Assembly (NCBI GenBank): GCA_963813585.1
Contig: CAWEZL010000001.1
Span: forward strand, 866,791 to 930,790
DNA: 64,000 nucleotides
Direction: 5' to 3'
Source of the DNA: an uncultured Acidobacteriota bacterium
Lineage (GTDB): Bacteria > Acidobacteriota > Vicinamibacteria > Vicinamibacterales > Fen-181
The first letter of the stretch is position 1; each line of letters starts with the position of its first letter. This document shows positions 41,658 to 50,832 of the stretch, one piece after another. The translations under genes were made by a program, and so were the position numbers. Under the pieces are notes generated by a model. It was not told the origin of the DNA and searched no databases. It was given only the letters and a program-made list of their open reading frames with translations.

Positions 41658-44084
41658 CTACTCCAGCCGCAGCGCCTTGACCGGGTCGGTACGCGACGCC
41701 CGCCGCGCGGGGAGGAAGGCCGCCAGCGTGGCGATCGCGGCCAGCAGCGCGGCCACCGTCGCGAACGTCAGCGGATCGCGCGGCGTCACGCCATAGAGGA
41801 GCTTGCCAAGCAGCCCGCTCAACGCGATCCCGATTCCCGCGCCGGCCGCCAGCCCCGCGCCGGTCATCACCAGGCTCTCTTTCAGGAACTGCCGGACAAG
41901 TTCGCCCGGGGCGGCGCCGAGCGCCAGCCGGACGCCGATCTCCGGGATCCGCTGCGTGGCGCTGTAGGCCAGCACGCCGTAGACGCCCACCGACGCGATG
42001 AGCAGCGCGACCCCGGCGAACACCGCCAGCAGCACCATCACGAAACGGCGCTGCGCGATCGACTCGCCCACCACCTCGTCCATGGTGTCCACCTGCGACA
42101 CGGGCAGGTCGGCGTCGAGGCGCCGCACCTGGCCGAGGGCCTGCGCGGTCATCGCCCCGGGTGAACCCTCCGTGCGGATCACCACGCCCATCAGCGGAAA
42201 CGCCATCTGCCGGTTCGCCAGGTAGATCATCGGCCGCACGTCGCGGTCGAGCGCCTCGTGCCGCACGTCGGCGACGACCCCGACCACCCGCGCCGCGATC
42301 GGGCCCTTCGCGCCGAGCCGCACCTGCAGCTCCTGGCCCAGCGGGTTCTCAGCGGGGAAGATCTGCCTCACGAGGGCCTGGTTGACGATTGCCGCGCCGC
42401 GCCCCTCCTCGCCGTCGCGCGGCTCGAAGAACCGCCCCCTCTCGAGCAGGATCCTCATCGTCTCGAAGTAGCGGCCGCCGATGATGCGGATGTCGGCCAC
42501 CGGCAGGTTGGATTCGCCGGGCGACGGCTTTCCTGCGACGGCGAAGCTCGTGCCGATGGGGATGCCGCGGAACGGCATCCCGCTCGACACGCCCGCCGAG
42601 ACGACGCCGGGGACGCGCGACAGCTCCTCGACGAGGCGGTCGAAGAAGGCGACGCGGCTCTCCGGCCGCTCGTACTTCGACTGCTGCAGCAGCACGCGCA
42701 TCGTGAGCACGTGATCGGAGCGGAAGCCGGGATCCACCTCCAGCAGGTGGCCGATGCTGCGAATCATCAGGCCGGCGGCGACGAGCAGCGTGAACGCGAG
42801 CGCGAGCTGTGCCGCGGCGAGCGTGCGGCGCAGGCGGCGGTGCGAGCGGTTCTCCTGGCCGGCGCGCGCCCCTTCGCGCAGCGCCCCCTGGATCGGCATC
42901 CGCGAGAGGCTCATCGCGGGCACGAGCGCGAACACCAGGACGGTGACGAGCGACAGCGCCATCGCGAACGCGAGCACGCGGCCGTCGATGGTGATCTGCT
43001 CGGCGGGGCGAGGCAGCGCGAGCAGCTGCGCGGCCGCGGCCAGCAGCCAGTCGAGCGACCACCAGGCCAGCAGCACCGCGAGGCCGCCGCCAAGGGCCGC
43101 GAGGAGGGCGCCCTCGGTGAGCAGCTGGCGGACCAGGCGCCCCCGGCCGGCGCCGAGCGCCGACCGCAGGCCCAGCTCGCGCTCGCGGCCGAGGCCGCGA
43201 TTCAACGACAGGTTCGCGACGTTGACGCAGGCGAGCAGCAGCACGACGCCGACGCTGCCGAACAGGATGAACAGCACCGGGCGGATGTCGCCGAACAGCT
43301 GCTCGTTCAGGGAGACGATCCGCACGCCCCACCTCCCGTCGAAGTCGGGCAGCTCGGCGCGGAGGCCGGCAGCGATGGTGTCGAACTCCGCCTGCGCCGC
43401 CTCGAGGCTCGTGCCATCCCTGAGCCGGCCGACGACCCGCATGTAGCGGCCGCGCGGCGTGCGGGCCTCGGACGAGAACGCCACCGGCATCCAGAACTCG
43501 CTCGCCGTCGAGAGGATCGAGAACCCGGCCGGCATCACGCCGACCACCGTCATCGCGTCGCCGCCGAGGGTGATCCCGCGGCCGACCATGGCCGGGTCGG
43601 CGTTGAAGCGCCGGCGCCACAGCCGATCGCTCAGGAGGACGACGGCGTCGTGGCCGGGACGGTCCTCGTCCTCGACGAACGTCCGGCCGAGCGCCGCCTT
43701 CACGCCCAGCATCGGGAACAGGTTCGCGTTGACCGACTGGCCCCACAGCTCTTCCGGCTCGCCCGCGCCGGTGAGCGTGGCGCTGCTCTCGGCGATGGCC
43801 GCCATCTGCGAGAACGTCCGGCTCCGCTCCTGCCAGCGGAGGAAGTTGGCGGGCGAGACCACGTTGGTGGGGAGCTCGCTGTCGAAGCGCCGCTCCCAGA
43901 TCACCGCGAGCCGGTCGGCTTGATGGTAGGGCAGCGGCCGCAGCAGCACCGCGTTGACGAGGCTGAACACCGCCGTGTTCGCGCCGATGCCGAGCGCCAG
44001 CGTGCAGGCGGCGACGATCGTGAACGAGCGGTGGCGGACAAGGAGCCGGACTGCGAACCGCAGGTCGGCCAGGAAGGTGTCCAT
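41658..44084 (-). CDS. ADOP-family (MacB-like, duplicated FtsX) permease, copy 3, intact
   Basis: Met at 44084 gives MDTFLADLRFAVRLLVRHRSFTIVAACTLALGIGANTAVFS. C-terminus RTDPVKALRLE. The listed ORF extends further upstream to 44330, but that extension lacks family similarity. Confidence 0.9.
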   Translation of the reverse strand: MDTFLADLRFAVRLLVRHRSFTIVAACTLALGIGANTAVFSLVNAVLLRPLPYHQADRLAVIWERRFDSELPTNVVSPANFLRWQERSRTFSQMAAIAESSATLTGAGEPEELWGQSVNANLFPMLGVKAALGRTFVEDEDRPGHDAVVLLSDRLWRRRFNADPAMVGRGITLGGDAMTVVGVMPAGFSILSTASEFWMPVAFSSEARTPRGRYMRVVGRLRDGTSLEAAQAEFDTIAAGLRAELPDFDGRWGVRIVSLNEQLFGDIRPVLFILFGSVGVVLLLACVNVANLSLNRGLGRERELGLRSALGAGRGRLVRQLLTEGALLAALGGGLAVLLAWWSLDWLLAAAAQLLALPRPAEQITIDGRVLAFAMALSLVTVLVFALVPAMSLSRMPIQGALREGARAGQENRSHRRLRRTLAAAQLALAFTLLVAAGLMIRSIGHLLEVDPGFRSDHVLTMRVLLQQSKYERPESRVAFFDRLVEELSRVPGVVSAGVSSGMPFRGIPIGTSFAVAGKPSPGESNLPVADIRIIGGRYFETMRILLERGRFFEPRDGEEGRGAAIVNQALVRQIFPAENPLGQELQVRLGAKGPIAARVVGVVADVRHEALDRDVRPMIYLANRQMAFPLMGVVIRTEGSPGAMTAQALGQVRRLDADLPVSQVDTMDEVVGESIAQRRFVMVLLAVFAGVALLIASVGVYGVLAYSATQRIPEIGVRLALGAAPGELVRQFLKESLVMTGAGLAAGAGIGIALSGLLGKLLYGVTPRDPLTFATVAALLAAIATLAAFLPARRASRTDPVKALRLE

Positions 44085-44204
44085 GCGCCCGGCCTCAGCG
44101 ACGCCCGTGCCAGGCAGGACGTCCTGTGTTTCGAACCCGTTACCGGCCCCCGACTCTCTCGCAGTGTCCGCCGCCGGAACGCCGCGGTCCCGCGATCGGA
44201 CATT

Positions 44205-44255
44205 GGGGCCGGGTCTTGCATTGCGGCAAGATGCTGCAATGCAGGACCCGACCCC
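44205..44255. repeat. Family C REP variant (GGGGCCGGGTCTTGCATTGCGGCAAGATGCTGCAATGCAGGACCCGACCCC) containing the ligase start codon
   Basis: The 3' 30 nt match GCAAAATGCTGAAATGCAAGACCTGACCCC at about 25 of 30 positions. The internal arms GTCTTGCATTGC/GCAATGCAGGAC are near-complementary. Confidence 0.7.
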
Positions 44256-45327
44256 ACGATTTGCCATCGCACCCCCGATCGAGCCGATGCTCGCGCGCCT
44301 GGCAGAGGCGCTGCCCGGCGGCAGCTTCACCTACGAGCCGAAGTGGGACGGCTTCCGCGCGATCGTCTTCCGCGGGCGCGGCGAGGTCTACATCCAAAGC
44401 CGCGACCTCCGGCCCCTCGACCGCTACTTCCCCGAGTTGCACGAGGAGTTCCTGCAGAGCCTTCCGGAGGGGTGCGTGATCGACGGGGAAGTCGTCATCG
44501 CCGGCCCGCGCGGCCTCGACTTCGACGCCCTCCAGATGCGCCTCCACCCGGCGGCCTCGCGGGTGGCGAAGCTGGCGAAGGAGACGCCGGCCTCGTTCGT
44601 CGCCTTCGATCTGCTGGCGGTCGGCGGGGAGGACGTCCGCCCGTTGCCGCAGAGCTATCGGCGCGAACGGCTCGAGCGGCTCCTGTCGAAGGCCATGCCC
44701 CCGATCCACCTCACCCCGGCGACCCGGGACCACCAGACGGCAGCCGAGTGGCTGGCCCGCTTCGAGGGCGCCGGGCTCGACGGGGTGGTGGCCAAGCCGC
44801 TGGGGCTGCCCTACCAGCCGGGGAAACGCGCGATGGTGAAGGTGAAGCACGCGCGGACGGCCGACTGCGTGGTGGCCGGTTTCCGCTGGCACAAGAGCGG
44901 GCGCGACGCGATCGGGTCGCTGCTGCTCGGGCTCTACGACGGCACAGGGCGGCTGCAGCACATCGGCGTGACGTCGGCCTTCACGATGGCGACACGAAGG
45001 GCGCTGGCCGTCGAGCTGGCGCCGCTGCGCAAGAACGCGCTCCAGGACCACCCGTGGCGGGAGTGGGCCGAGGCCGGGCCCGACGTGGCGGCGCGCATGC
45101 CCGGCGCGCAGAGCCGCTGGAGCGCCGGCAAGGACCTGTCGTGGGAGCCTCTCCGGATCGAGCGCGTCTGCGAGGTGAAGTACGACCACCTGCAAGGCGA
45201 CCGCTTCCGCCACGCGACGCAGTTCCTCCGCTGGCGGCCCGACAAGCCGCCGCGCGACTGCCGCTACGACCAGCTGGAGGTGACCCCGCCCTACGAGCTC
45301 GAAAAGGTGTTCGGCGCCGGCTTTTGA
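44239..45327 (+). CDS. ATP-dependent DNA ligase (stand-alone LigC/LigD-ligase-domain type)
   Basis: FTYEPKWDGFR (KxDG adenylation motif), EGVIDGEVV-like CVIDGEVV, LDGVVAKP, VKVKH and the OB-fold part are present. 362 aa, intact. Confidence 0.85.
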   Translation: MQDPTPRFAIAPPIEPMLARLAEALPGGSFTYEPKWDGFRAIVFRGRGEVYIQSRDLRPLDRYFPELHEEFLQSLPEGCVIDGEVVIAGPRGLDFDALQMRLHPAASRVAKLAKETPASFVAFDLLAVGGEDVRPLPQSYRRERLERLLSKAMPPIHLTPATRDHQTAAEWLARFEGAGLDGVVAKPLGLPYQPGKRAMVKVKHARTADCVVAGFRWHKSGRDAIGSLLLGLYDGTGRLQHIGVTSAFTMATRRALAVELAPLRKNALQDHPWREWAEAGPDVAARMPGAQSRWSAGKDLSWEPLRIERVCEVKYDHLQGDRFRHATQFLRWRPDKPPRDCRYDQLEVTPPYELEKVFGAGF

Positions 45328-45374
45328 CACCCCGGCCCGCCCGTTGTAGGCTCGGCCCGTTTGCCGTTCCGACG

Positions 45375-46113
45375 ATGACGACCCGCATCCGGCTTGTCGT
45401 GCCCTGCTTCAACGAGGCGGAACGCCTCGACCCCGAGGCCTACCTGCAGTTCCTGGCCGAACGCCCCGACGCCTCGCTCCTGTTCGTGGACGACGGGAGC
45501 CGGGACGCGACGCCGGCGATCCTGGCCGGCCTCGCGGTGCGCGGCGGAGGGCGCGCCGCGGTGCTGACGCTCCGGGCGAACCAGGGCAAGGCGCGGGCGG
45601 TGAGGCAGGGGGTGCTCGAGTGCCTGTCGAGCGGGTCGGAGCTGGTGGGGTACTGGGACGCGGATCTTCTCCACGCCGCTCGACGCGGTCGGCTCGTTCG
45701 TCGAGACGCTCGACGCGCGGCCCGACATCGACCTGGTGATGGGCGCCCGGGTCAAGCTGCTCGGCCGCGACATCCAGCGGCTCGCCGCGCGCCACTACGC
45801 GGGGCGCGTCTTCGCCACCGCCGCGTCGATCGTCCTGGGCCTCGGCGTGTACGACACGCAGTGCGGCGCGAAGCTGTTCCGCTCGGCCTCGCCGTTCGCC
45901 GACGCCTTCCGCGAGCCGTTCCGCTCGCGCTGGATCTTCGACGTCGAGGTGCTCGAGCGCTGCGTGCGGCGGCTCGGGCCCTCGGCCGCCGCCGCGCGCA
46001 TCTACGAGTTCCCCCTCCAGCGGTGGCACCACGCCCGGGGCTCGAAGCTGATGCCGCGCCACGTCCTCCGCGCCGCCTGGGACCTGCTGCTGATCGCTGT
46101 CACGAAGGACTAG
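45375..46113 (+). CDS. Family 2 glycosyltransferase (dolichyl-phosphate glucosyl/mannosyl-transferase-like); one frameshift near 45668
   Basis: RLVVPCFNEAERL...LLFVDDGSRDAT...RANQGKARAVRQG...VGYWDADL, then TPLDAV...VMGARV...GVYDTQCGAKLFR continues in ORF 45736..46113. Length mod 3 = 1. Confidence 0.8.
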
Positions 46114-46181
46114 GGGCCAGGGGCTGGGAGCTAGGGGCCAGGGGCTAGGAGCTAGGGGCCAGGGGCTGGGGGCTAGGGGCG
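46110..46181. repeat. 3.4 tandem copies of a 21-bp unit CTAGGGGCCAGGGGCTRGGRG
   Basis: Units at 46110-46130, 46131-46151 and 46152-46172, plus a partial unit. The GT2 stop (TAG 46111-46113) and the DUF885 stop (cta 46145-46147, minus strand) both lie in CTAG motifs of the array. Confidence 0.9.
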
Positions 46182-48436
46182 TCTTGGTAGAACTTCCACT
46201 CCACCCCCGTCCCTTCCGTGAGCTTCTGGCGCCCGAGCGACAGGCGCAGCAGCGCCAGCGGCATGTTCCCCTGCCGCAGCACCTCGTCGTGGAACGCCTT
46301 CTCCGTCATCAGCCCGCCGTCCACCAGCTCGCGCCGGATCGCCCGCAGCTGCAGCCCGCCAATCAGGTACGCCAGCTGGTAGAGCGGGGGGAAGCTGCCG
46401 TTGAAGGAGCGGCGCACCTCGCCGGCGGCGTTGTCGCGCTCGAAGCCGACCCGATCCACCAGGAACTCGATGCACTCGCCCGGCGACCACTCGCCCAGGT
46501 GGAACTTGAGCGAGAAGATGATCCGCGCGCAGCGGTGCATGCGCCAGAACAGCGCGCCCACGCGCTTCTCGGGCGTGTCGTGGAACCCCTTGTCGTAGAG
46601 CAGCAGTTCCCAGTAGAGCGGCCACCCCTCGCTGTAGAACGGGCTGTTGCCGGCAAGGCTCGGGCGCACCCCCTCCAGCCGCGCCGTCATGTAGAAGACC
46701 AGGTTGTGGCCCGGGATCATCTCGTGGAACGCGGTCGCATGCGAGAACGGCGTGTTGTTGCCCCGCAGGCTCTGCAGCTTCGCCTCGTGCTCCATCGTGC
46801 TCGTCGGGTACGAGACGCTGATCAGGTTCCCCCCCGTGAAGAACGGGTTCACCAGCTGCCGCTCGGGCGTCATCATGATCATGCGCAGCGACTCGGCGGC
46901 CACCGCGGGGACGGTGAGCAGGTCGTTCGCCCGCAGGTAGTCCACCGCCTCGTGCATCAGGTCGCGCACCACCGCCGCCTGCCCGCCGGGCGGCGGATGC
47001 ATCGTCTTCAACTCCTCGAGCGCCGCGCGCCAGTTGTCGCCGAGGCCCATCTCGCGCGACGCCTTCTGCATCTCCTTCTCGCACCAGTCCAGCTCCCGCT
47101 CGCCGATCGCGATCAGCTCCTCCGGCGTGTAGGGGATCAGCTCCTCCTGCAGGTCGAAGACGAGCGCCTGGCGGCCGCGCGACGCGCCGGCGATGCCGCT
47201 GTCGTCCGCCTTGCGGGGCGGGCTCGAGGGTAGCTCGGTGGCCGCCCGCGCGGCCCGCTGGGCGGCGAGCGCCTTGATGTAGAGGTAGTCGATCTGCGCG
47301 GCGCGCGAGAGCCGGTCGAAGCGGAGCGTGCGCAGCGCCTTCAGCCAGGCCTCGTAGAACGCGCGGTCGCGCACGACCTGTGGCGTCCCCGATTCCCGCG
47401 ATGGAGCAGGGGCGTCGGCGCCGCGGCCCGCCCGGCGTCCGGGCCCGCGAAAACGATCGACGATGGCCGAGAGCTCGTCGTGGGGAAGGGCGATGATCTC
47501 GCGCAGATCGGGGACCGACGGGAACCTCGGCGCCGCCGCCGGGGCGATGTCGAGGGCCTCGCCGGACGGCACGTTGCCAGGGGTCGGGTCCGCGGGGACG
47601 ACCTTCTCGCGGAGCAGGGAGCCGTACGCCTTCAGCGCCTCGTCCGCGTGCTCGTAGGGCAGCGCCATCCACCAGGTGAACTCGGGGTCGTAGAGGTTGT
47701 AGAAGGCGAACCACTCGGCGAGCGCGCGCTGCAGCGAGGCGAGCGCGCCGCCCGCCTGCACGGCGAGCGCCTTGTCCACACGGAGTGCGTCCGTCTTGCC
47801 GGTTCCTGACAGCCCCGCCTCAACGCGGGCCGCGACCCCCGTGGCCAGCCGCGCGACCTCCATCACCGAGCCGGCCGCCGCGCGCGCGTCCATTGGGGCG
47901 ACGCGAATGCGCGCCTCGACCAGCGAGACGATGGCGGGGGCGAACGGCAGGAGCGGCGACACCCTGGCGAGCGTCCTGGCCTCGTCGTCCGCGGCCGCCA
48001 GGTTCGCGGCGACCGTCGCGCGCAGGGCATCGAGGTCGGCCTTCCCGGCCGCCGTGAGCGCCGCCGGGTCGAAGCGCGCGAGCGCTTCCTGCCAATCGAG
48101 GTCGAACCGCTTCAGCCGGGCGATGCGAGCCGGCGAGAGCACGGGCGCCGCGGGCGGGGCGGCTGCCGCGGGGCGTCCGAACCCTCCTGGACTTCCGCCC
48201 AGATAGTTGCCGGCCAGGGTCTGCCGGTCCAGGGCGTACCGCCGCGCGACGAGCCGCGCCTCGCCCGGCCTCGGTGCCAGGAGCGGCCGGAGGTCGCGCG
48301 GGGGCGGCTGATCGGCGAGGACCTGGGTTGCGGCAGCGGGGGGTGCCGTCGCAGGCTGCTGCGAGAGGAGCGGGGCTGCAGACCCGGCAAGCAGCAGCAG
48401 CGCGGCGGCCCCGGCCCCGGCCAACGGTTTGTGCAT
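46145..48436 (-). CDS. Secreted DUF885 family protein (putative metallopeptidase-like, HExxPGH)
   Basis: 763 aa, intact, with a signal peptide (AALLLLAGSAAPLLSQQ). HEMIPGHNLVFY...YSEGWPLYWE...LHDEVLRQGNMPL is typical of DUF885. Confidence 0.8.
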   Translation of the reverse strand: MHKPLAGAGAAALLLLAGSAAPLLSQQPATAPPAAATQVLADQPPPRDLRPLLAPRPGEARLVARRYALDRQTLAGNYLGGSPGGFGRPAAAAPPAAPVLSPARIARLKRFDLDWQEALARFDPAALTAAGKADLDALRATVAANLAAADDEARTLARVSPLLPFAPAIVSLVEARIRVAPMDARAAAGSVMEVARLATGVAARVEAGLSGTGKTDALRVDKALAVQAGGALASLQRALAEWFAFYNLYDPEFTWWMALPYEHADEALKAYGSLLREKVVPADPTPGNVPSGEALDIAPAAAPRFPSVPDLREIIALPHDELSAIVDRFRGPGRRAGRGADAPAPSRESGTPQVVRDRAFYEAWLKALRTLRFDRLSRAAQIDYLYIKALAAQRAARAATELPSSPPRKADDSGIAGASRGRQALVFDLQEELIPYTPEELIAIGERELDWCEKEMQKASREMGLGDNWRAALEELKTMHPPPGGQAAVVRDLMHEAVDYLRANDLLTVPAVAAESLRMIMMTPERQLVNPFFTGGNLISVSYPTSTMEHEAKLQSLRGNNTPFSHATAFHEMIPGHNLVFYMTARLEGVRPSLAGNSPFYSEGWPLYWELLLYDKGFHDTPEKRVGALFWRMHRCARIIFSLKFHLGEWSPGECIEFLVDRVGFERDNAAGEVRRSFNGSFPPLYQLAYLIGGLQLRAIRRELVDGGLMTEKAFHDEVLRQGNMPLALLRLSLGRQKLTEGTGVEWKFYQDAPSPQPLAPSS

Positions 48437-48499
48437 GACGTGTCTCCGTTCCGACGGGGGCGGGAACTCTCGCGTGGATTGTAGTCGAGGAGAGCCGGG

Positions 48500-49504
48500 T
48501 CAGCGGGAGTGGCGGCGGCGGGAGGGTTGGACGCGCTCGGGCTCGCCGGGCTGCTTGCGGTAGTGGGGCGGCCACGCCGCGTCGCCCTGGCCGTCGCGCT
48601 CCTGCCGCGCCGAGAGGTCGAGCAGCGCCTCGAGCGAGCAGGGGCGTTCGTCGATCCCGGCCAGGCGGTCGCCCACCTCCGCGAACCGCACCGGCATCGT
48701 CTTCAGCGTGAAGTCGGCGGGGTCGCAGTCGGCGATCTCGTCCCAGGAGAGCGGGGCCGACACCCGCGCGTCGGGCCTGGGGCGCACCGAGTACGCTCCC
48801 GCCACCGTGCGGTCCTTCGCGTTCTGGTTGTAGTCGAGGAAGACGCCGTGGCGCTCCTCCTTCCACCACTTGCTGGTGGCGAGCGGCGGCGCCCGACGCT
48901 CGACCTCCCGGGCCAGCGCCAGCGCCGCCCGCCGAACCTGGTCGAACGTCCATCGCGGCTCGATGCGGACGGACACGTGGATGCCGCGCGACCCCGACGT
49001 CTTCGGCCACCCGGCCAGGCCGAACTCCTCGAGGGTTGCCCGGACGATTCCGGCCACCTCTCGCACTTGCGGCCACCTGACGCCGGGGATCGGGTCGAGG
49101 TCCACGCGCAGCTCGTCGGGGTGATCGAGGTCCTCGGCCCGGACGGGATGCGGGTGCAGTTCGAGGCAGGCGAGGTTGGCCATCCAGGCGAGGGTGGCCG
49201 GGCCGCGCGGCACGACCTCCTCGGCACTCCGGCCCGACGGGAAGCGCAGCGTGACCACCTCGACCCACGACGGCCGGGGCGACGGCGCCCGCTTCTGGTA
49301 GAAGAACTCCCCCGCGGCACCGTTCGGGTAGCGGACGAGCACGTTCGGGCGGCCGCCGGAGCCGCGCAGCGCCCCTTCCGCCACCGCCAGGTAGTAGCGG
49401 ACGAGGTCGAGCTTGGTGTGCCCCGGCTTCGGGAACAGCACCTTCCCGGGGTTGGTGACGGCGACCTCGACGCCGTCCACCACCACTACTTCTCGGGGGC
49501 CCAT
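48500..49504 (-). CDS. NHEJ DNA polymerase/primase domain protein (LigD PolDom type, stand-alone)
   Basis: VAVTNPGKVLFPKPGHTKLDLVRYYLAV...FFYQKRAP...LELHPHP...DLDP...WPKTSGSRGIHVSVRI...VFLDYNQNAKDRTVAGAYSVRP matches the PolDom pattern. Confidence 0.85.
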   Translation of the reverse strand: MGPREVVVVDGVEVAVTNPGKVLFPKPGHTKLDLVRYYLAVAEGALRGSGGRPNVLVRYPNGAAGEFFYQKRAPSPRPSWVEVVTLRFPSGRSAEEVVPRGPATLAWMANLACLELHPHPVRAEDLDHPDELRVDLDPIPGVRWPQVREVAGIVRATLEEFGLAGWPKTSGSRGIHVSVRIEPRWTFDQVRRAALALAREVERRAPPLATSKWWKEERHGVFLDYNQNAKDRTVAGAYSVRPRPDARVSAPLSWDEIADCDPADFTLKTMPVRFAEVGDRLAGIDERPCSLEALLDLSARQERDGQGDAAWPPHYRKQPGEPERVQPSRRRHSR

Positions 49505-49515
49505 GCGACTATTAT

Positions 49516-49618
49516 GGGGTCAGGTCTCGCATTTCAGCATTTTGCACACCTGACCCCGCCGACTGGCGTCGGCGGCGGTGCCAGACGCGCAAAATGCTGA
49601 AATGCGAGACCTGACCCC
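49516..49618. repeat. Inverted pair of family C REPs (GGGGTCAGGTCTCGCATTTCAGCATTTTGC ... GCAAAATGCTGAAATGCGAGACCTGACCCC)
   Basis: REP at 49516-49557, with its reverse complement at 49581-49618. The outer 30 nt are perfectly complementary. The pair sits in the divergent intergenic region between PolDom and thiolase. Confidence 0.9.
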
Positions 49619-49637
49619 ACACGTGGAGGAGGACGAG

Positions 49638-50831
49638 ATGGCAGGTCGCGAGGTCGTCATCGTCGGCGCCGCCCGGACGCCAATCGGCTCGTTCCTTGGG
49701 TCGCTCGCCTCGGTTCCCGCGCCGCGCCTCGGGGCCGTCGCCATCCGCTGCGCGCTCCAGCGGTCCGGCATCGAGCCGTCCGCGGTCGACGAGGTCATCA
49801 TGGGCAACGTGCTGCAGGCCGGCGTGGGCCAGGCGCCCGCACGGCAGGCGGCCCTCTTCGCCGGCCTCCCGGCCACCACCCCGTGCTGGACGATGAACAA
49901 GGTGTGCGGGTCGGGACTGAAGGCGGTGATCAGCGGAGCCCAGGCGATCGCGCTCGGCGACGCCGAGGTGGTGGTCGCCGGCGGGATGGAGTCGATGTCA
50001 AACGCCCCGCACTACCTGCGGGTACGCGCCGGGCAGCGGCTCGGCAACCTCACGCTCGCCGACGGCCTCGTGTCCGACGGTCTCACCGACGCCTACGACG
50101 GCCGCCACATGGGGGAGTGGGCCGAGGAGGCGGCGGTCGCCCGGACGATCACGCGACAGATGCAGGACGAGTTCGCGGCAGAGTCGACGCGGCGCGCCGT
50201 GGAGGCGCAGAAGCAGGGGTTGTTCGCCGCCGAGATCGCCGCGGTCGAGGTCGAGGGGCGCAAGGGCGAGAAGACGGTCGTCACGGAGGACGAGGGGCCG
50301 AGGACGGCGCGGCCCGACCGGATGGCGTCGCTGAAGCCGGTGTTCAAGAAGGACGGGACGATCACCGCCGCCAACGCGTCGAGCCTCAACGACGGCGCGG
50401 CGGCCGTCGTGCTGACGAGCGCCGAGCGGGCGGCGCGCGAGGGACGGCCGGTGCTCGCCCGGATCACGGCCTGGGGCGGCGCGGCGAGGACCCCCGGCGA
50501 GTACACCATCGCGCCGACCGACGCCATCCGCGCCACGCTGTCGCGCGCCGGGCTCCACATCGAGGACGTGGACCTCTGGGAGATCAACGAGGCGTTCGCG
50601 GTCGTCTCGCTGGCCAACAACACGCTGCTTGGCCTCGATCCCGGCCGGGTGAACGTCCGCGGCGGCGCCGTCGTCCTCGGCCACCCGATCGGCGCCAGCG
50701 GCGCGCGGATCCTCGTGACGCTGCTCTACGCGCTGCGCGACGCGCAGAAGAAGCGGGGTGTCGCGTCGCTCTGCATCGGCGGCGGCGAGGCGGTCGCGCT
50801 CGTCGTGGAGCGCCCGGGGACGGCGGGGTGA
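49638..50831 (+). CDS. Acetyl-CoA C-acetyltransferase (thiolase II)
   Basis: RBS ggaggagg. VVIVGAARTPIGSFLGSL, NKVCGSGLKAV (active-site Cys), NASSLNDGAAA, and GGGEAVALVVE-like CIGGGEAVA at the C-terminus. Confidence 0.9.
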   Translation: MAGREVVIVGAARTPIGSFLGSLASVPAPRLGAVAIRCALQRSGIEPSAVDEVIMGNVLQAGVGQAPARQAALFAGLPATTPCWTMNKVCGSGLKAVISGAQAIALGDAEVVVAGGMESMSNAPHYLRVRAGQRLGNLTLADGLVSDGLTDAYDGRHMGEWAEEAAVARTITRQMQDEFAAESTRRAVEAQKQGLFAAEIAAVEVEGRKGEKTVVTEDEGPRTARPDRMASLKPVFKKDGTITAANASSLNDGAAAVVLTSAERAAREGRPVLARITAWGGAARTPGEYTIAPTDAIRATLSRAGLHIEDVDLWEINEAFAVVSLANNTLLGLDPGRVNVRGGAVVLGHPIGASGARILVTLLYALRDAQKKRGVASLCIGGGEAVALVVERPGTAG

Positions 50832-50832
50832 C

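Noticed and set aside
42258-46148. 1296-aa ORF on the plus strand, the longest in the track
   Set aside because: It is a read-through artefact of high G+C. Its first ~600 codons are antisense to the ADOP permease (41658-44084) with Arg/Ala/Gly/Pro-rich nonsense composition, and it then runs out of frame through the ligase gene. Only the part from 45375 (MTTRIRLVVPCFNEAERL) is a real gene (GT2).
46110-46181. Possible CRISPR array (also considered for 35820-35892, 10302-10400 and 3856-4040)
   Set aside because: The units are directly tandem with no unique spacers (46110, 35820, 10302), or they are irregularly spaced palindromes (3856). There are no cas genes in the window.
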